Positions 1-9,384 are shown, counted from the first letter of the stretch. The stretch is 64,000 nucleotides of DNA from an uncultured Candidatus Rokubacteria bacterium (GCA_963708025.1 CAVPSB010000002.1:288001-352000); one strand, 5' to 3'. Translations and numbers: made by a program. The notes: generated by a model from the letters alone, not told the origin.

Positions 1-1372
1 CTTCCTCCAGCATCAGCTCGATCCGGGACGTCATGATGCCGATCGGGTTGTTGATCTCGTGGGCCACGCCGGCCGCCAGCGTCCCGATGGCCGCGAGCTT
101 CTCGGATTCCTGGACGGACTGCTCGAGCTTGACGCGGTCGGTGATGTTCTCGAGATGGAGGACCACGCCCTCGATCCCGCCGCTCGAGCCGCGGATGACG
201 CTGCCCTTGAGCTCGAGGATCGTCGGCCCCCCGCTCCGAAGGACGTGAGGAAAGCGCGACAGCGCGAAGGCCTCCTCCACGCCCCTGTACAGCCGATCCA
301 GGTGCGCCTCCACTCCGGCCGGACGGAAGCCCGGGAAGACGTCGAAGAAATGCCGACCGCGGATCTCGTCGAGCGGGACGCCCGAGTGGACGGCGAGGGC
401 CTGGTTCCACCCCACAATCCGCCGATCGAGGTCCAGGATCGCGATGCCGTCGCGGAGGCTCTCGATGACACTCCGGATGAAGCGCTCCTTCGTCTCCAGG
501 TTGAGATTCAGGGCCAGGATCTCCCGGCGCTCGCGGGCCAGGAGCGCGGCTTGCTCCCGCAGCTCTCGGGTCCGCGCCTGGACCAGCTCCTCGAGGTGGT
601 CGCGATGGGTGCGCAGCTCCTCGGCCATCCGCACCCGGTCGGTGACGTCGCGGATCGCGCTGATCACCCAGGGGCCGTCCTCCGTCTCCATCGGGCTCAG
701 GCTGATCTCCACCCGGAACTCGGCGCCGTCCCGGCGGCGGGCGAACAGCTCGAGACCCTCCCCCATGGGGCGGACTTGGGGCCGGGCGGCGTAGTCGGCG
801 CGGCGGGCGACGTGTCCCGCGCGAAGCCGCGCCGGGAGGAGGACCTCGATCGACTGCCCGAGGAGATCCTGCCGTGGGTAGCCGAAGAGGCTCTCCGCTC
901 GCGCGTTGACCAGGACGATCCGGCCGTCGGGGCCGATGATCACGAGCGCGTCGGGGGCCCCTTCGAGGAGGTTTCGGAACTTCGCCTCCGCCCGCTGGCG
1001 CTCGGTGAGATCCCGGATGACCTCGGTGATCAGGAGCCCCTCGCCGGTCGCCAGGGGGCTGATGGTGATCTCGGCCGGGAACTCGCTCCCGTCCTGGCGA
1101 CGCCCGAAGACCACCAGGGCGGCGCCCATCGGCCGGGCGCGGGGCTCGGCGGAGTAGTGGGCGCGGTGGGCGACGTGAGCGGCCCGGTAGCGCTCGGGCA
1201 GGAGGAGCTCCACCGCCTGGCCGAGGAGCTGCCCCGGGGTGTAGCCGAAGAGCCGCTCGGTGGCGGCGTTGATCAGCTCGATCCGGCCGTCGCGGGTGAC
1301 GACGACGGCATCGGGGGCCGCGTCCATCAGGTTGCGGACGACCTCGTCGGTCAGGTGGGAGCGGAACGGCAT
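1..1372 (-). CDS. Multi-PAS sensor histidine kinase (runs off window start)
   Basis: Not in the ORF track because no stop lies in the window. ATG at 1372 (MPFRSHLTDEVVRNLMDAAPDAVVV). Three PAS-like repeats, then H-box EKLAAIGTLAAGVAHEINNPIGIM near nt 30-100. The + ORF 59..1870 is its antisense shadow. Confidence 0.92.
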   Translation of the reverse strand, partial: MPFRSHLTDEVVRNLMDAAPDAVVVTRDGRIELINAATERLFGYTPGQLLGQAVELLLPERYRAAHVAHRAHYSAEPRARPMGAALVVFGRRQDGSEFPAEITISPLATGEGLLITEVIRDLTERQRAEAKFRNLLEGAPDALVIIGPDGRIVLVNARAESLFGYPRQDLLGQSIEVLLPARLRAGHVARRADYAARPQVRPMGEGLELFARRRDGAEFRVEISLSPMETEDGPWVISAIRDVTDRVRMAEELRTHRDHLEELVQARTRELREQAALLARERREILALNLNLETKERFIRSVIESLRDGIAILDLDRRIVGWNQALAVHSGVPLDEIRGRHFFDVFPGFRPAGVEAHLDRLYRGVEEAFALSRFPHVLRSGGPTILELKGSVIRGSSGGIEGVVLHLENITDRVKLEQSVQESEKLAAIGTLAAGVAHEINNPIGIMTSRIELMLEE

Positions 1373-1437
1373 GCCCCGATTGTACCGGCCGGCCGCCGGG
1401 GACCGGGGGGCGATTTCGCGGGGCCCGTCGGGGGCGA

Positions 1438-2076
1438 TCAGCCACGCCAGGGCTGTCGAACGTCGAAGCCTCGCGCCTGCAGAGCCGCCATCGCCGGCGC
1501 CGGGTCGGTGGTGGTGATCCGGACGGCGACGTCCCGAACGCCCGCGCGGTTGGTCAGCGTCATGATGCTCGCGATGGGGGCGCCGGTCTGCTCGATCGCG
1601 GCCACGATCTCGGCCAGTCCCGAGGGCCGATCGTCGAGCAACAGGTCGAGCCGGGTCAACGGGGTCCCGGCGCCCATGGCCCGGACCAGCAGCTCCAGCA
1701 GGTCGGTCTCGGTGACGATCCCGATCAGCTGCCCGGCGGCGGTCACCGGCAGGGCGCTGATCTTCTCCTGCACCATGAGCCGGGCCGCCTCCTCGATCGG
1801 GAACATCGGCCCGATGGTGATGACGGCTCGAGTCATGATCTCGGCGACGGTGAGCCGGTTCAGCAGGTAGTTCAGCTCGTGTGCCTCGAGGCTCGTCGCG
1901 GGCGAGGCCATCGCCTGCTTGAGGTCGCGGTCGGAGACGATGCCGATCAGGTCACCGTCCCGGACCACCGGCAGGTGGCGCACCCTGCGCTCGGCCGCCA
2001 GCCGCATGGCCTGCGGGAGGGTCGTCTCCGGATCGATCGTGATGAGCTTGGACTGCATGACGTCGCGAACCAGCAT
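1438..2076 (-). CDS. CBS-pair plus ACT-domain protein (AcuB-like)
   Basis: VRHLPVV..GIVSDRDL and ISALPV..GIVTETDLL CBS motifs; C-terminal DRPSGLAEI ACT signature; GGGAGG RBS. Confidence 0.88.
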   Translation of the reverse strand: MLVRDVMQSKLITIDPETTLPQAMRLAAERRVRHLPVVRDGDLIGIVSDRDLKQAMASPATSLEAHELNYLLNRLTVAEIMTRAVITIGPMFPIEEAARLMVQEKISALPVTAAGQLIGIVTETDLLELLVRAMGAGTPLTRLDLLLDDRPSGLAEIVAAIEQTGAPIASIMTLTNRAGVRDVAVRITTTDPAPAMAALQARGFDVRQPWRG

Positions 2077-2176
2077 GACGACCTCCCGCTCCGTGGGCCC
2101 CCGCTCCGGGGGCCGAAAGCTGGACGACCCCCGGGAATGCGCTCCCGGGGGTCGCCGTGGACCGGCCTGGGCGAGG

Positions 2177-2569
2177 CTACGTGCCGCGCCGCCACGGGCC
2201 GCCGAACGGCATCACGGCGCCGAACGGGTTGATGTGGAGGACCCGCACCTCGTCACCTGGGCCCTTCAGCTCGACGGAGTACATCGTGCCGTGCCGCCCG
2301 GTCCAGGGCAGCACCTTCTCGACGGTGTACCCCTTGAGGTACGTGTCGGCATACTCCTGCGCCAACGCCTTGGCCCTTTCCTCCGTGACCGGCGTCCCGG
2401 TGCCGGTCGCGACCATCCCGGGGCAGCCGCCCCCGCCCATCATGCCGGGGCCCATGCCCATCACGCCCGGGCCCATGCCCATCACGGCAGGGCCCATCCC
2501 CGCCAGCGCGCCACCGGCGAGGCCGGCGAGCACCATCGCAGCCACGACAACGCTGACCAATCGCTTCAT
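2177..2569 (-). CDS. Small secreted protein with Met/Gly-rich linker and PepSY-like C-terminus
   Basis: Signal peptide (ALA cleavage), MGPG repeats, EERAKALAQEY..YSVEL..HINPFGAV; GGAAGG RBS and sigma-54 site upstream. Confidence 0.7.
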   Translation of the reverse strand: MKRLVSVVVAAMVLAGLAGGALAGMGPAVMGMGPGVMGMGPGMMGGGGCPGMVATGTGTPVTEERAKALAQEYADTYLKGYTVEKVLPWTGRHGTMYSVELKGPGDEVRVLHINPFGAVMPFGGPWRRGT

Positions 2570-2600
2570 CTTGGCTCACCTTCCTCTCCACCCCTCGTAC

Positions 2601-2616
2601 AGCATCCGGGATGCCA
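2601..2616 (-). promoter_or_regulatory. Sigma-54 -24/-12 promoter
   Basis: Minus strand TGGCATCCCGGATGCT, ~30 nt upstream of the ATG at 2569. Confidence 0.55.
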
Positions 2617-2689
2617 TCTCGGCAGCGCCGGACCGAGACGCTGGAATCGGGCGTTGCATCGGGGCTCGGCCACCGACGCTTCGACGGGG

Positions 2690-2727
2690 AGGGGCGGTCG
2701 CGCCGCAAGTGGGACAGGAACGCCTCA
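2690..2727. promoter_or_regulatory. Tandem palindromic putative activator sites (UAS)
   Basis: AGGGGC-N6-GCCGCA and TGGGAC-N6-GCCTCA, 20-bp period, between divergent sigma-54 sites. Confidence 0.5.
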
Positions 2728-2768
2728 CCGACCGGCCGTGTTGCGCTGCGGGGGAAAGACGGCTAGCG

Positions 2769-2784
2769 TGGCATGGTCGCTGCA
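2769..2784 (+). promoter_or_regulatory. Sigma-54 -24/-12 promoter
   Basis: TGGCATGGTCGCTGCA upstream of the gene at 2899. Confidence 0.55.
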
Positions 2785-2898
2785 CCCGGGGAACCAGCCG
2801 GACGCGGGCCGCCTGGCGGTTCGGCCCGAATGTGGCGCTCGGCCAGGGGGCTGGAGCACCGGCCGGTGTACCGACTCTCGCCGGAAAGAGGGGCGCTC

Positions 2899-4113
2899 AT
2901 GAGACTGCATCGACTGGCCGCCTGGGCGTTCGGGCTGGCCCTGGTCGTTCACGCGACGCCGGCCGCCGTGGGCCAGGAGCGACCGCCGCAGCCGTTCGCC
3001 CCCACGTGGGCCAACCTGGCCGGCGCCACCGTCTTCGCCAGCAAGGGGTGCGGGCGGTGCCACGCCATCCGGGGATTCGGGGCGACCGCCGGGCCCGACC
3101 TCAGCCGGATCGAGCAGAAGAGCTTCTTCGACCTGGGCGCCGCGCTCTCGAACCACCTCCGCGGTGTCGCCATCCAGCGCCCCACCTTGACCGCCGAGCA
3201 GGTCACCAGCCTGATCGCGTTCCTGTTCACCCTCCAGTACGCGGACCAGCCGGGCGACCCCCAGGCCGGAGAGCAGCTCTTCACCGCAAAGGGCTGCGTC
3301 CAGTGTCACGAGGTCGGGGGCAAGGGCGGCCGGCTGGGTCCGAGCCTGGACTTCCTCAAGCGCGCCAACTCGCCGGTTCTGATCGCGGCCGCCCTGTGGA
3401 ACCACGGCCCCGAGATGGTGGAGACGCTGAAGGCCGTCGGGATCGAGCGCCCGACCTTCGCCGGCCGGGAGCTGGCCGACATCATCGCCTTCGTCCAGAG
3501 CTCGCCCCGGGAGCCCGGCGCCGAGACGGCCCGGGTCGTGGCTGGAACCCCAGAGCGTGGTGAGAAGCTCGTCGCCGAGAAGCGTTGCCTGGCCTGCCAC
3601 TCCATCGCGGGCAAGGGCGGCAAGGTCGGTCCCGAGCTGGGCCGGCGCCAGCACGTCAGCCTCACGCAGTTCGCGGCGCTGATGTGGAACCACGCCCCGG
3701 GAATGTGGGCCCAGATGGCGGCGCGCGGGGTCCAGGTGCCCCGCATGACCGGTCAGGAGATGGCGGACATCGTGGCCTACCTGTACGCGTCCCATTACTT
3801 CGACCAGCCGGGCGATGCCGGCCGCGGGCAGCAGCTGCTCCAGGTCAAGGGTTGCGCGAGCTGCCACGCGATCCGGGGCACCGGGCCGAAGGTCGGGGCG
3901 GATCTGGCCTCCTATTCCGCGCTCCGCTCCACGGCCGGCCTGGTCGCCGCGCTGTGGAATCACCCGCGGTACCTCGCGGCGCAGCAGCGGGAGGTTCCCT
4001 GGCCGCTGTTGACCGGGCAGGAGCTGTCCGACGTCGCCGCCTACGTGAGCGGACTGCCGAAGGGAGCGACGCCCGGGCCGAAGGGCGCGACTCCCCGGCC
4101 GAAGGGCCCGTAG
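2899..4113 (+). CDS. Periplasmic tetraheme cytochrome c built of four class I-like domains
   Basis: Signal peptide; CGRCH, CVQCH, CLACH, CASCH, each followed by a (W/S)NH motif; start moved to ATG 2899 (GAGGGG RBS). Confidence 0.9.
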   Translation: MRLHRLAAWAFGLALVVHATPAAVGQERPPQPFAPTWANLAGATVFASKGCGRCHAIRGFGATAGPDLSRIEQKSFFDLGAALSNHLRGVAIQRPTLTAEQVTSLIAFLFTLQYADQPGDPQAGEQLFTAKGCVQCHEVGGKGGRLGPSLDFLKRANSPVLIAAALWNHGPEMVETLKAVGIERPTFAGRELADIIAFVQSSPREPGAETARVVAGTPERGEKLVAEKRCLACHSIAGKGGKVGPELGRRQHVSLTQFAALMWNHAPGMWAQMAARGVQVPRMTGQEMADIVAYLYASHYFDQPGDAGRGQQLLQVKGCASCHAIRGTGPKVGADLASYSALRSTAGLVAALWNHPRYLAAQQREVPWPLLTGQELSDVAAYVSGLPKGATPGPKGATPRPKGP

Positions 4114-4236
4114 TCCCGGCGCCGTGCCGGGTGGGGCGCCGCCACCCCACCCGGCTTGGCCGCGTGCCGCCTCGCGCGCGCGCTTCCCGGAGCATTTCCC
4201 CCGTGATTGCTGCCGGTTGCTCCGCTCGGCCACCGG

Positions 4237-4252
4237 TGGCACGACCGTTGCT
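4237..4252 (+). promoter_or_regulatory. Sigma-54 -24/-12 promoter of the cytochrome operon
   Basis: TGGCACGACCGTTGCT, an exact match to TGGCACG-N4-TTGCW, 45 nt upstream of ATG 4298. Confidence 0.85.
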
Positions 4253-4297
4253 GACCTGCACCTCCGACGCTGGATCGACGCCAACGGAGGGGACTTG

Positions 4298-4762
4298 ATG
4301 AGCCGTCAGCGGAACGTGTCGCGCAGTTCGAGGGCCTGGACGTTCTGGTCGCTCGCGGCCCTCACCGCGTTCCTCGCGCTGGGGGCCGGGCTCCTGTGGA
4401 TCCGGACGCCCGAGCCGGCGCCCACCGCCGCCGGGGGCCCGACCGTCTCCGCCGGCGGCCCCGGGAATGCGGTCGCGCGTCGCGAGACGCGACCGACGCT
4501 CGACCCGGCCCGCTTCGTCGGGAAGGCCGCCCGCGCCCACCAGGTGGCGCGGGAGATTCCCGACGTGCTGGACCGGCTCTACTGCTACTGCGAGTGCGAC
4601 CGGAACCTCGGTCACCGGAGCCTGCTCTCCTGCTACACCGACGGCCATGCCGCCACCTGAGGCATCTGCATGGACGAGGCGCTGGATGCGTCTCGCATGG
4701 TGAAGGCGGGGTACCCGGTGGAGCGGATCCGTTCCGAGATCGACCGGACGTACGGCCGATGA
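4298..4762 (+). CDS. PCYCGC/CYCXC-motif membrane-anchored protein, predicted selenoprotein (UGA 4658-4660 = Sec)
   Basis: GGAGG RBS; TM helix; LYCYCECDRNLGHRSLLSCYTDGHAAT-[TGA]-GICMDEALDASRMVKAGYPVERIRSEIDRTYGR*. The TGA sits at the first Cys of the family CxxC. The extended frame ends in an ATGA overlap with the next gene. Confidence 0.85.
4669..4699 (+). promoter_or_regulatory. Candidate bacterial SECIS hairpin
   Basis: CATG-GA-CGAGGCGC[TGGAT]GCGTCTCG-CATG; the loop starts 22 nt after the UGA and has G at position 2. Confidence 0.7.
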
Positions 4763-6705
4763 TCGCCCGGGCGCTCGGACTGGCCCTGGCCGTCCTGGTC
4801 CTCCCCGTCGCGGCCGCCGCCCACGGCGACGAGCACCGCGAGGCGACGCCCGCCGGGAGCACGGGGGGCGTGGTGGTCCAGGGCTACCGCATCGAGCTCC
4901 AGAGCCACGGCGGCCTCGCCGCCGGGCAGGCCGCGCACCTGATCGCCCGGATCTCACGCGAGGCGCCGCCCGCTCCGGTGTCCGGCGGGCGCGTGCTCGT
5001 CGGCCTGGCCGCGGCCGGAGCGATTCCGGATCCGGCGCCGGCCCCTGAGGCGACGTGGGCCGGGAGCTACGCCGTCCCGGTGACGCCGAGCCGGCGGGGC
5101 GTCTATCAGGCGCGGGTCGTCGTGGAGGAGCTGGACGGCCGGCACCTGCACCCGCCGATCGTCGTTGACTTCCCGCTGACCGTGGAGCCGGCGCCGGGAC
5201 TCGGCGCCGGCGTCTGGGCGCTGCTGGCGTTCGTCGCCGGCCTCGGGCTCCTCGGCGTGTACGGGGTCGCGCTGCGGGCGAAGCTGGCTCGACCGGGAGC
5301 CGCCCTGAACCTCCTCGAGGTCGGCTGGATTCGCCGGCTCCTGACCGCTCGCGCCCTGCAGCCGGCGCTGCAGGTCCCGTTGCTCGCCCTGATGGGCGTC
5401 GTGGTCTTCGTCGGCCTCACCGACGTCCAGGACGGCGGACGGAACCTGGCGACCAAGCTGACGTGGACCATCTGGTGGGCCGGGATCATCTTCACGTTCT
5501 TCCTGGCCGGGCGGGTCTGGTGTCTCGCCTGCCCGTTCGGCGCCCTCAACGAGTGGACCTCGCGGCTGGTCCGGCCGCTCCGGCGACTGCCGGCCGCGTT
5601 CCGCAACATCTGGTGGGCGACGGCCGCGTTCGTCCTCCTGACCTGGGCCGACGAGCAGCTCGGGGTCGTGCGGTCACCCCAGGTCACGGCCGGGATCGTC
5701 CTCTTCTTCGCCGCGCTCGCCGTCGCAATCGGCCTCTTCTACGAGCGACGGAGCTTCTGCCGGCACCTCTGTCCGATCGGCGGCCTCATCGGCGTCTACT
5801 CGATGACCGCTCCGGTCGAGCTGCGTGCCAGGGACGGCGCGGTGTGCGCGGCGGACCACGACAAGGCCTGCTATCGAGGCGGCGAGACGGCGCGCGGGTG
5901 CCCGATGTTCGAGTTCCCCGGGAGCATGGACCGGAACAACTACTGCACGCTGTGCGCCGAGTGCGTCAGCGGGTGCGCCCGCCACAACCTGGTGCTCCGG
6001 CTGCGCGCCTTCGGCCAGGACCTCTGGGCGACGCGGCGGCGGCTGCTCGACGAGTCGTACCTCGCGGTGGTGCTCGTCGGCCTCACGCTCCTGGTGACCG
6101 CCCAGATGCTCACCGCGTGGCCGGGCTGGATCTCCGCCCTCGCCGGTGGCCTGCCCGGCTGGGTTCGGGCGTCCCTCAAGCCGGTGACGTATCTCGGGCT
6201 GGTCGAGTCCGCCGTCCTCCTCGGGGGGAGCCTGGTCGTCGTCCCGGCGCTGGTGCTGGGGGGCGCCGCCGTCGCCGATCGGCTCGCCGGCGAGCGGCGG
6301 CTCGGCTTGCGGCGGACGTTCGTCGCCTTCGGCTACATGTTCGTCCCGGTCGGCCTCGCCATGCACCTCGCCCACAACCTCGCGCACCTGCTCCTCGAGG
6401 GCGGCGGCATCGTGCCGGTCGTCCAGCGGGTGGTCGCCCGGTACACGCCGTTCTCGCTCGGCGTGCCCGACTGGGATGTCACGCCGCTGGCGCCCGAGCC
6501 GGTGGTCGCCCTGCTCCAGGTGGCCTTCCTGGTCGGCTTCTTCGTCCTCTCGCTCCAGGCGGGGCACCGCCTGTCGCTCCGCCTCTACCCCGACGCGCGG
6601 GTGGCGAGCCGCGCGTGGATCCCGATGGCCGGGTTGGCCCTGCTCTTCACCCTGGCCGGCATCCTCCTGCTGATGCAGCCCATGGGGATGCGTCACGCGA
6701 TGTAG
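4759..6705 (+). CDS. Membrane polyferredoxin (NapH/MauN/FixG-like 4Fe-4S protein) with N-terminal periplasmic beta domain
   Basis: Signal peptide then AHGDEH; GRVWCLACPFG, RSFCRHLCPIGG, CPMFEFP, CTLCAECVSGC; many TM helices; start at ATG 4759. Confidence 0.85.
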   Translation: MIARALGLALAVLVLPVAAAAHGDEHREATPAGSTGGVVVQGYRIELQSHGGLAAGQAAHLIARISREAPPAPVSGGRVLVGLAAAGAIPDPAPAPEATWAGSYAVPVTPSRRGVYQARVVVEELDGRHLHPPIVVDFPLTVEPAPGLGAGVWALLAFVAGLGLLGVYGVALRAKLARPGAALNLLEVGWIRRLLTARALQPALQVPLLALMGVVVFVGLTDVQDGGRNLATKLTWTIWWAGIIFTFFLAGRVWCLACPFGALNEWTSRLVRPLRRLPAAFRNIWWATAAFVLLTWADEQLGVVRSPQVTAGIVLFFAALAVAIGLFYERRSFCRHLCPIGGLIGVYSMTAPVELRARDGAVCAADHDKACYRGGETARGCPMFEFPGSMDRNNYCTLCAECVSGCARHNLVLRLRAFGQDLWATRRRLLDESYLAVVLVGLTLLVTAQMLTAWPGWISALAGGLPGWVRASLKPVTYLGLVESAVLLGGSLVVVPALVLGGAAVADRLAGERRLGLRRTFVAFGYMFVPVGLAMHLAHNLAHLLLEGGGIVPVVQRVVARYTPFSLGVPDWDVTPLAPEPVVALLQVAFLVGFFVLSLQAGHRLSLRLYPDARVASRAWIPMAGLALLFTLAGILLLMQPMGMRHAM

Positions 6706-6732
6706 GCCGGACCGCAGAAAGGGAGACAGTCA

Positions 6733-7765
6733 GTGAAAAGCTGGAAATGGACGATCCCCACCCTGGTGCTCACCGCGGGCATCGGCCTCGGCGTCCTCGT
6801 CGGGCAGCCCGAGGCGCAGCAGAAGAACCTCCTCGTCTCGAAGAAGGTGGCCGCCGGGCCGACCCTCGACGGGACCATGAAGGACGCCTGGAAGGACGCC
6901 GCGCCCCTCACGGTCAAGGCCCTCGGCGGGAAGAACCTGCCCGGCGGCACGACCGAGATCACGATCCGCTCGGTGTACACCGAGGAGACCGTGTACTTCC
7001 TCGTCCAGTACAAGGACCCGACCGAGAGCGTCCAGCGCGAGCCGTGGCAGAAGCAGGCCGACGGCTCCTGGAAGCAGCTGAAGGACCCCGACGACAAGGG
7101 CGGGGACAACAACAAGTACTACGAGGACAAGCTGGCGATCCTCTGGAACATCAGCTCGCCGGCCTTCGAGCAGAAGGGCTGCCTGTCCGCCTGCCACACC
7201 GGCGAGGGCAAGCCGTACGGCAACAAGTACACCGCCGGCGCGGGCGAGCGGCTCGACATGTGGCACTGGAAGGGCGTGCGCACCGGCACCATCGGGCAGG
7301 TCGACGACCAGTACGTGGACAACACGAAGTACGACAAGGACAAGGCGCCCGAGGCCGGCCGCAAGAGCGACCCCAAGCACCGGCGGCGGCTACAAGAACA
7401 ACGTCAGCGACGACAAGAAGGGCCCGAAGTTCGCGCTGAAGCCGGCAACAAGCCGGCGCCGCCCTACTGGATCGTCGACGCCGAGAAGGAGCCGTTCGAC
7501 GACTCGCAAGTACAAGGCGGGCGACGAGGTGCCCGGGCATCGATCGTGGCGCCCTTCACCGGCGACCGCGGCGACATCGCGGCGAAGTCCACCTGGAAGG
7601 ACGGGGTCCGGACGGTCGAGATGGCGCGGAAGCTCGTCACCAACAGCGAGTTCGACGTGCAGTTCAACGACGAAGAAGGAGTACGCCTTCGGCGTCGCGG
7701 TCTTCGACAACGCCCAGGTGCGCCACGCCTACACCCCGGGCGTCCTGAAGATGGTCCTGGAATAG
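6733..7765 (+). CDS. Ethylbenzene-dehydrogenase-gamma-like (DOMON) heme-binding periplasmic protein, frameshifted in this assembly
   Basis: YFLVQYKDPTES, YYEDKLAILW, CLSACH, LDMWHWK, FGVAVFDNAQVRH. The frame switches at about 7378, 7440, 7507, 7540 and 7670; TAG at 7763-7765. Confidence 0.78.
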
Positions 7766-7820
7766 CACGGTCGGGCGCCGGCCCGGGGGAGTTCGCCTCC
7801 GGGCCGGCCGGAGGTCTGGC

Positions 7821-8189
7821 ATGACTCGATGGCTCGGTGTCGCGGCAGTCGTCGCCCTGCTGGTTGGCGGGCTCGTCTCCCAGGAGGTGGTTGCCCAGCC
7901 GAAGGGTGATCCGGCCAAGGGCGAGGCCCTGTACAAGGCCCGGTGCGTCACCTGTCACGGCGCGGCCGGCGCCGGCGACGGCCCGGCCGGGAAGGTGCTC
8001 AAGGACAAGCCCAAGGACTGGACCAAGGGCGAGGGCCTCAAGGATCTCTCGGACCAGCAGCTCTTCGACGCCATCAAGAAGGGCGGCAAGGCGATCGGCA
8101 AGTCGCCGGCGATGATCGCGTTCCCCAGTCTCTCCGACGCCGAGATCCAGAACGTGATCGCCTACGTCAAGACCCTGACCAAGTCGTGA
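7821..8189 (+). CDS. Monoheme cytochrome c
   Basis: Signal peptide; CVTCHG; distal Met candidate in AMIAFP; GGAGG RBS. Confidence 0.92.
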   Translation: MTRWLGVAAVVALLVGGLVSQEVVAQPKGDPAKGEALYKARCVTCHGAAGAGDGPAGKVLKDKPKDWTKGEGLKDLSDQQLFDAIKKGGKAIGKSPAMIAFPSLSDAEIQNVIAYVKTLTKS

Positions 8190-8199
8190 CGCGACCGGC

Positions 8200-9384
8200 A
8201 TGACCCGGCATCCGGCGACCGCCCTGGTCGCGGCACTCCTGCTGGCGGGGGCGGCGGCCACCGCCGCCGCCCAGCCGCTGTTCGGCCCGGCCCAGGACCC
8301 GGTCGCCGGCTCCCGGGTCTTCGGCGACAAGGGCTGCGTCAAGTGCCACGCGGTGAACGGGGTGGGCGGGAAGGTCGGCCCCGACCTGGGGCGGCCGCCG
8401 CGTCCGCGCTCGTTCTTCGACCTCGCGGCCGGCATGTGGAATCACCTCCCCCGGATGACGGAGCGCATGCGGGCGCTCGGCGTCGCGCGCCCGCGGCTCG
8501 ACCCGCGCGAGGCCGGGGACCTCATCGCCTTCCTCTTCACCCTCGACTACTTCGACCCGCCCGGCAACCCGCAGGTGGGTCGCCGCCTCTTCCAGCAGAA
8601 GAAGTGCGTCGTCTGTCACCAGGTGGGCGACGTCGGCGGCGTGGTCGGGCCGAGCCTCGACCACCTCAAGCAATACGGCTCGCCGATCTTCGTGGCCGCC
8701 GCCATGTGGAACCACGGGCCGGCGATGACGGAGACGATGCGGGCCCGGGGGATCGAGCGGCCCGTCTTCAAGGACGCCGAGCTGATCGACCTGATCGCCT
8801 ACATCAAGTCGGCCTCGCCGCTCCCGGTGGCGGGCCCGCTGTACGTCCTGCCGGGCCGCGCCGCCGAGGGCCACCGGCTCTTCGTCGAGAAGCGCTGCAG
8901 CGACTGCCACGGGGTCGCCGGGAAGGGCGGCGGGGTCGGCCCCGACCTGGCCGAGCGCGGCGTGCACCGGAGCCTGACCCAGTTCGCGGCCGGGATGTGG
9001 GACAAGGCGCCGGCCATGCTGGCCGCGATGACGGCCCGGGGCATCCCGGTGCCGCAGCTCCGGGCCGAGGAGATGGCCGACATCGTCGCCTACCTCTACG
9101 CCGTGCAGTACTTCGCCGTGCCCGGGGACCGGCAGCGGGGGGCGAGGGTGGCGAAGGACAAGGGCTGCCTCGGCTGCCACACCGTGCTGGCCCGGGACGG
9201 GACGGCGCCGGCGGAGCTGAGCCGGGTCGCCGGCCTGGAGTCCCCGGCGGGGGTCATCGGGGCGCTGTGGAACCATTCGTTCCTCGCCGAGCCCGCGGCC
9301 CGCAAGCGTGGCTGGTCCGCGCTCCGTCCCGACGAGATGGCCGACCTGCTGGCCTTTCTGCGGTCGCTCCGGCCTTCGCCATGA
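8200..9384 (+). CDS. Tetraheme cytochrome c, paralog of 2899..4113
   Basis: CVKCH, CVVCH, CSDCH, CLGCH with MWNH/LWNH motifs. Confidence 0.9.
   Translation: MTRHPATALVAALLLAGAAATAAAQPLFGPAQDPVAGSRVFGDKGCVKCHAVNGVGGKVGPDLGRPPRPRSFFDLAAGMWNHLPRMTERMRALGVARPRLDPREAGDLIAFLFTLDYFDPPGNPQVGRRLFQQKKCVVCHQVGDVGGVVGPSLDHLKQYGSPIFVAAAMWNHGPAMTETMRARGIERPVFKDAELIDLIAYIKSASPLPVAGPLYVLPGRAAEGHRLFVEKRCSDCHGVAGKGGGVGPDLAERGVHRSLTQFAAGMWDKAPAMLAAMTARGIPVPQLRAEEMADIVAYLYAVQYFAVPGDRQRGARVAKDKGCLGCHTVLARDGTAPAELSRVAGLESPAGVIGALWNHSFLAEPAARKRGWSALRPDEMADLLAFLRSLRPSP

Noticed and set aside
2440-2500. 21-nt imperfect tandem repeat
   Set aside because: Coding MGPGVMG repeats of the secreted protein.
4057-4110. 21-nt tandem repeat at the end of the tetraheme gene
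   Set aside because: Only a PKGATP low-complexity tail; no sign of function.
4126-4155. Intrinsic terminator after the tetraheme gene
   Set aside because: The stem exists but lacks a U-tract and coincides with the recurring activator-like palindrome, so it was not called a terminator.
7777-7808. GC hairpin between the DOMON gene and the monoheme cytochrome
   Set aside because: No U-tract and inside an apparent operon; it may stabilise mRNA but cannot be supported as a feature.
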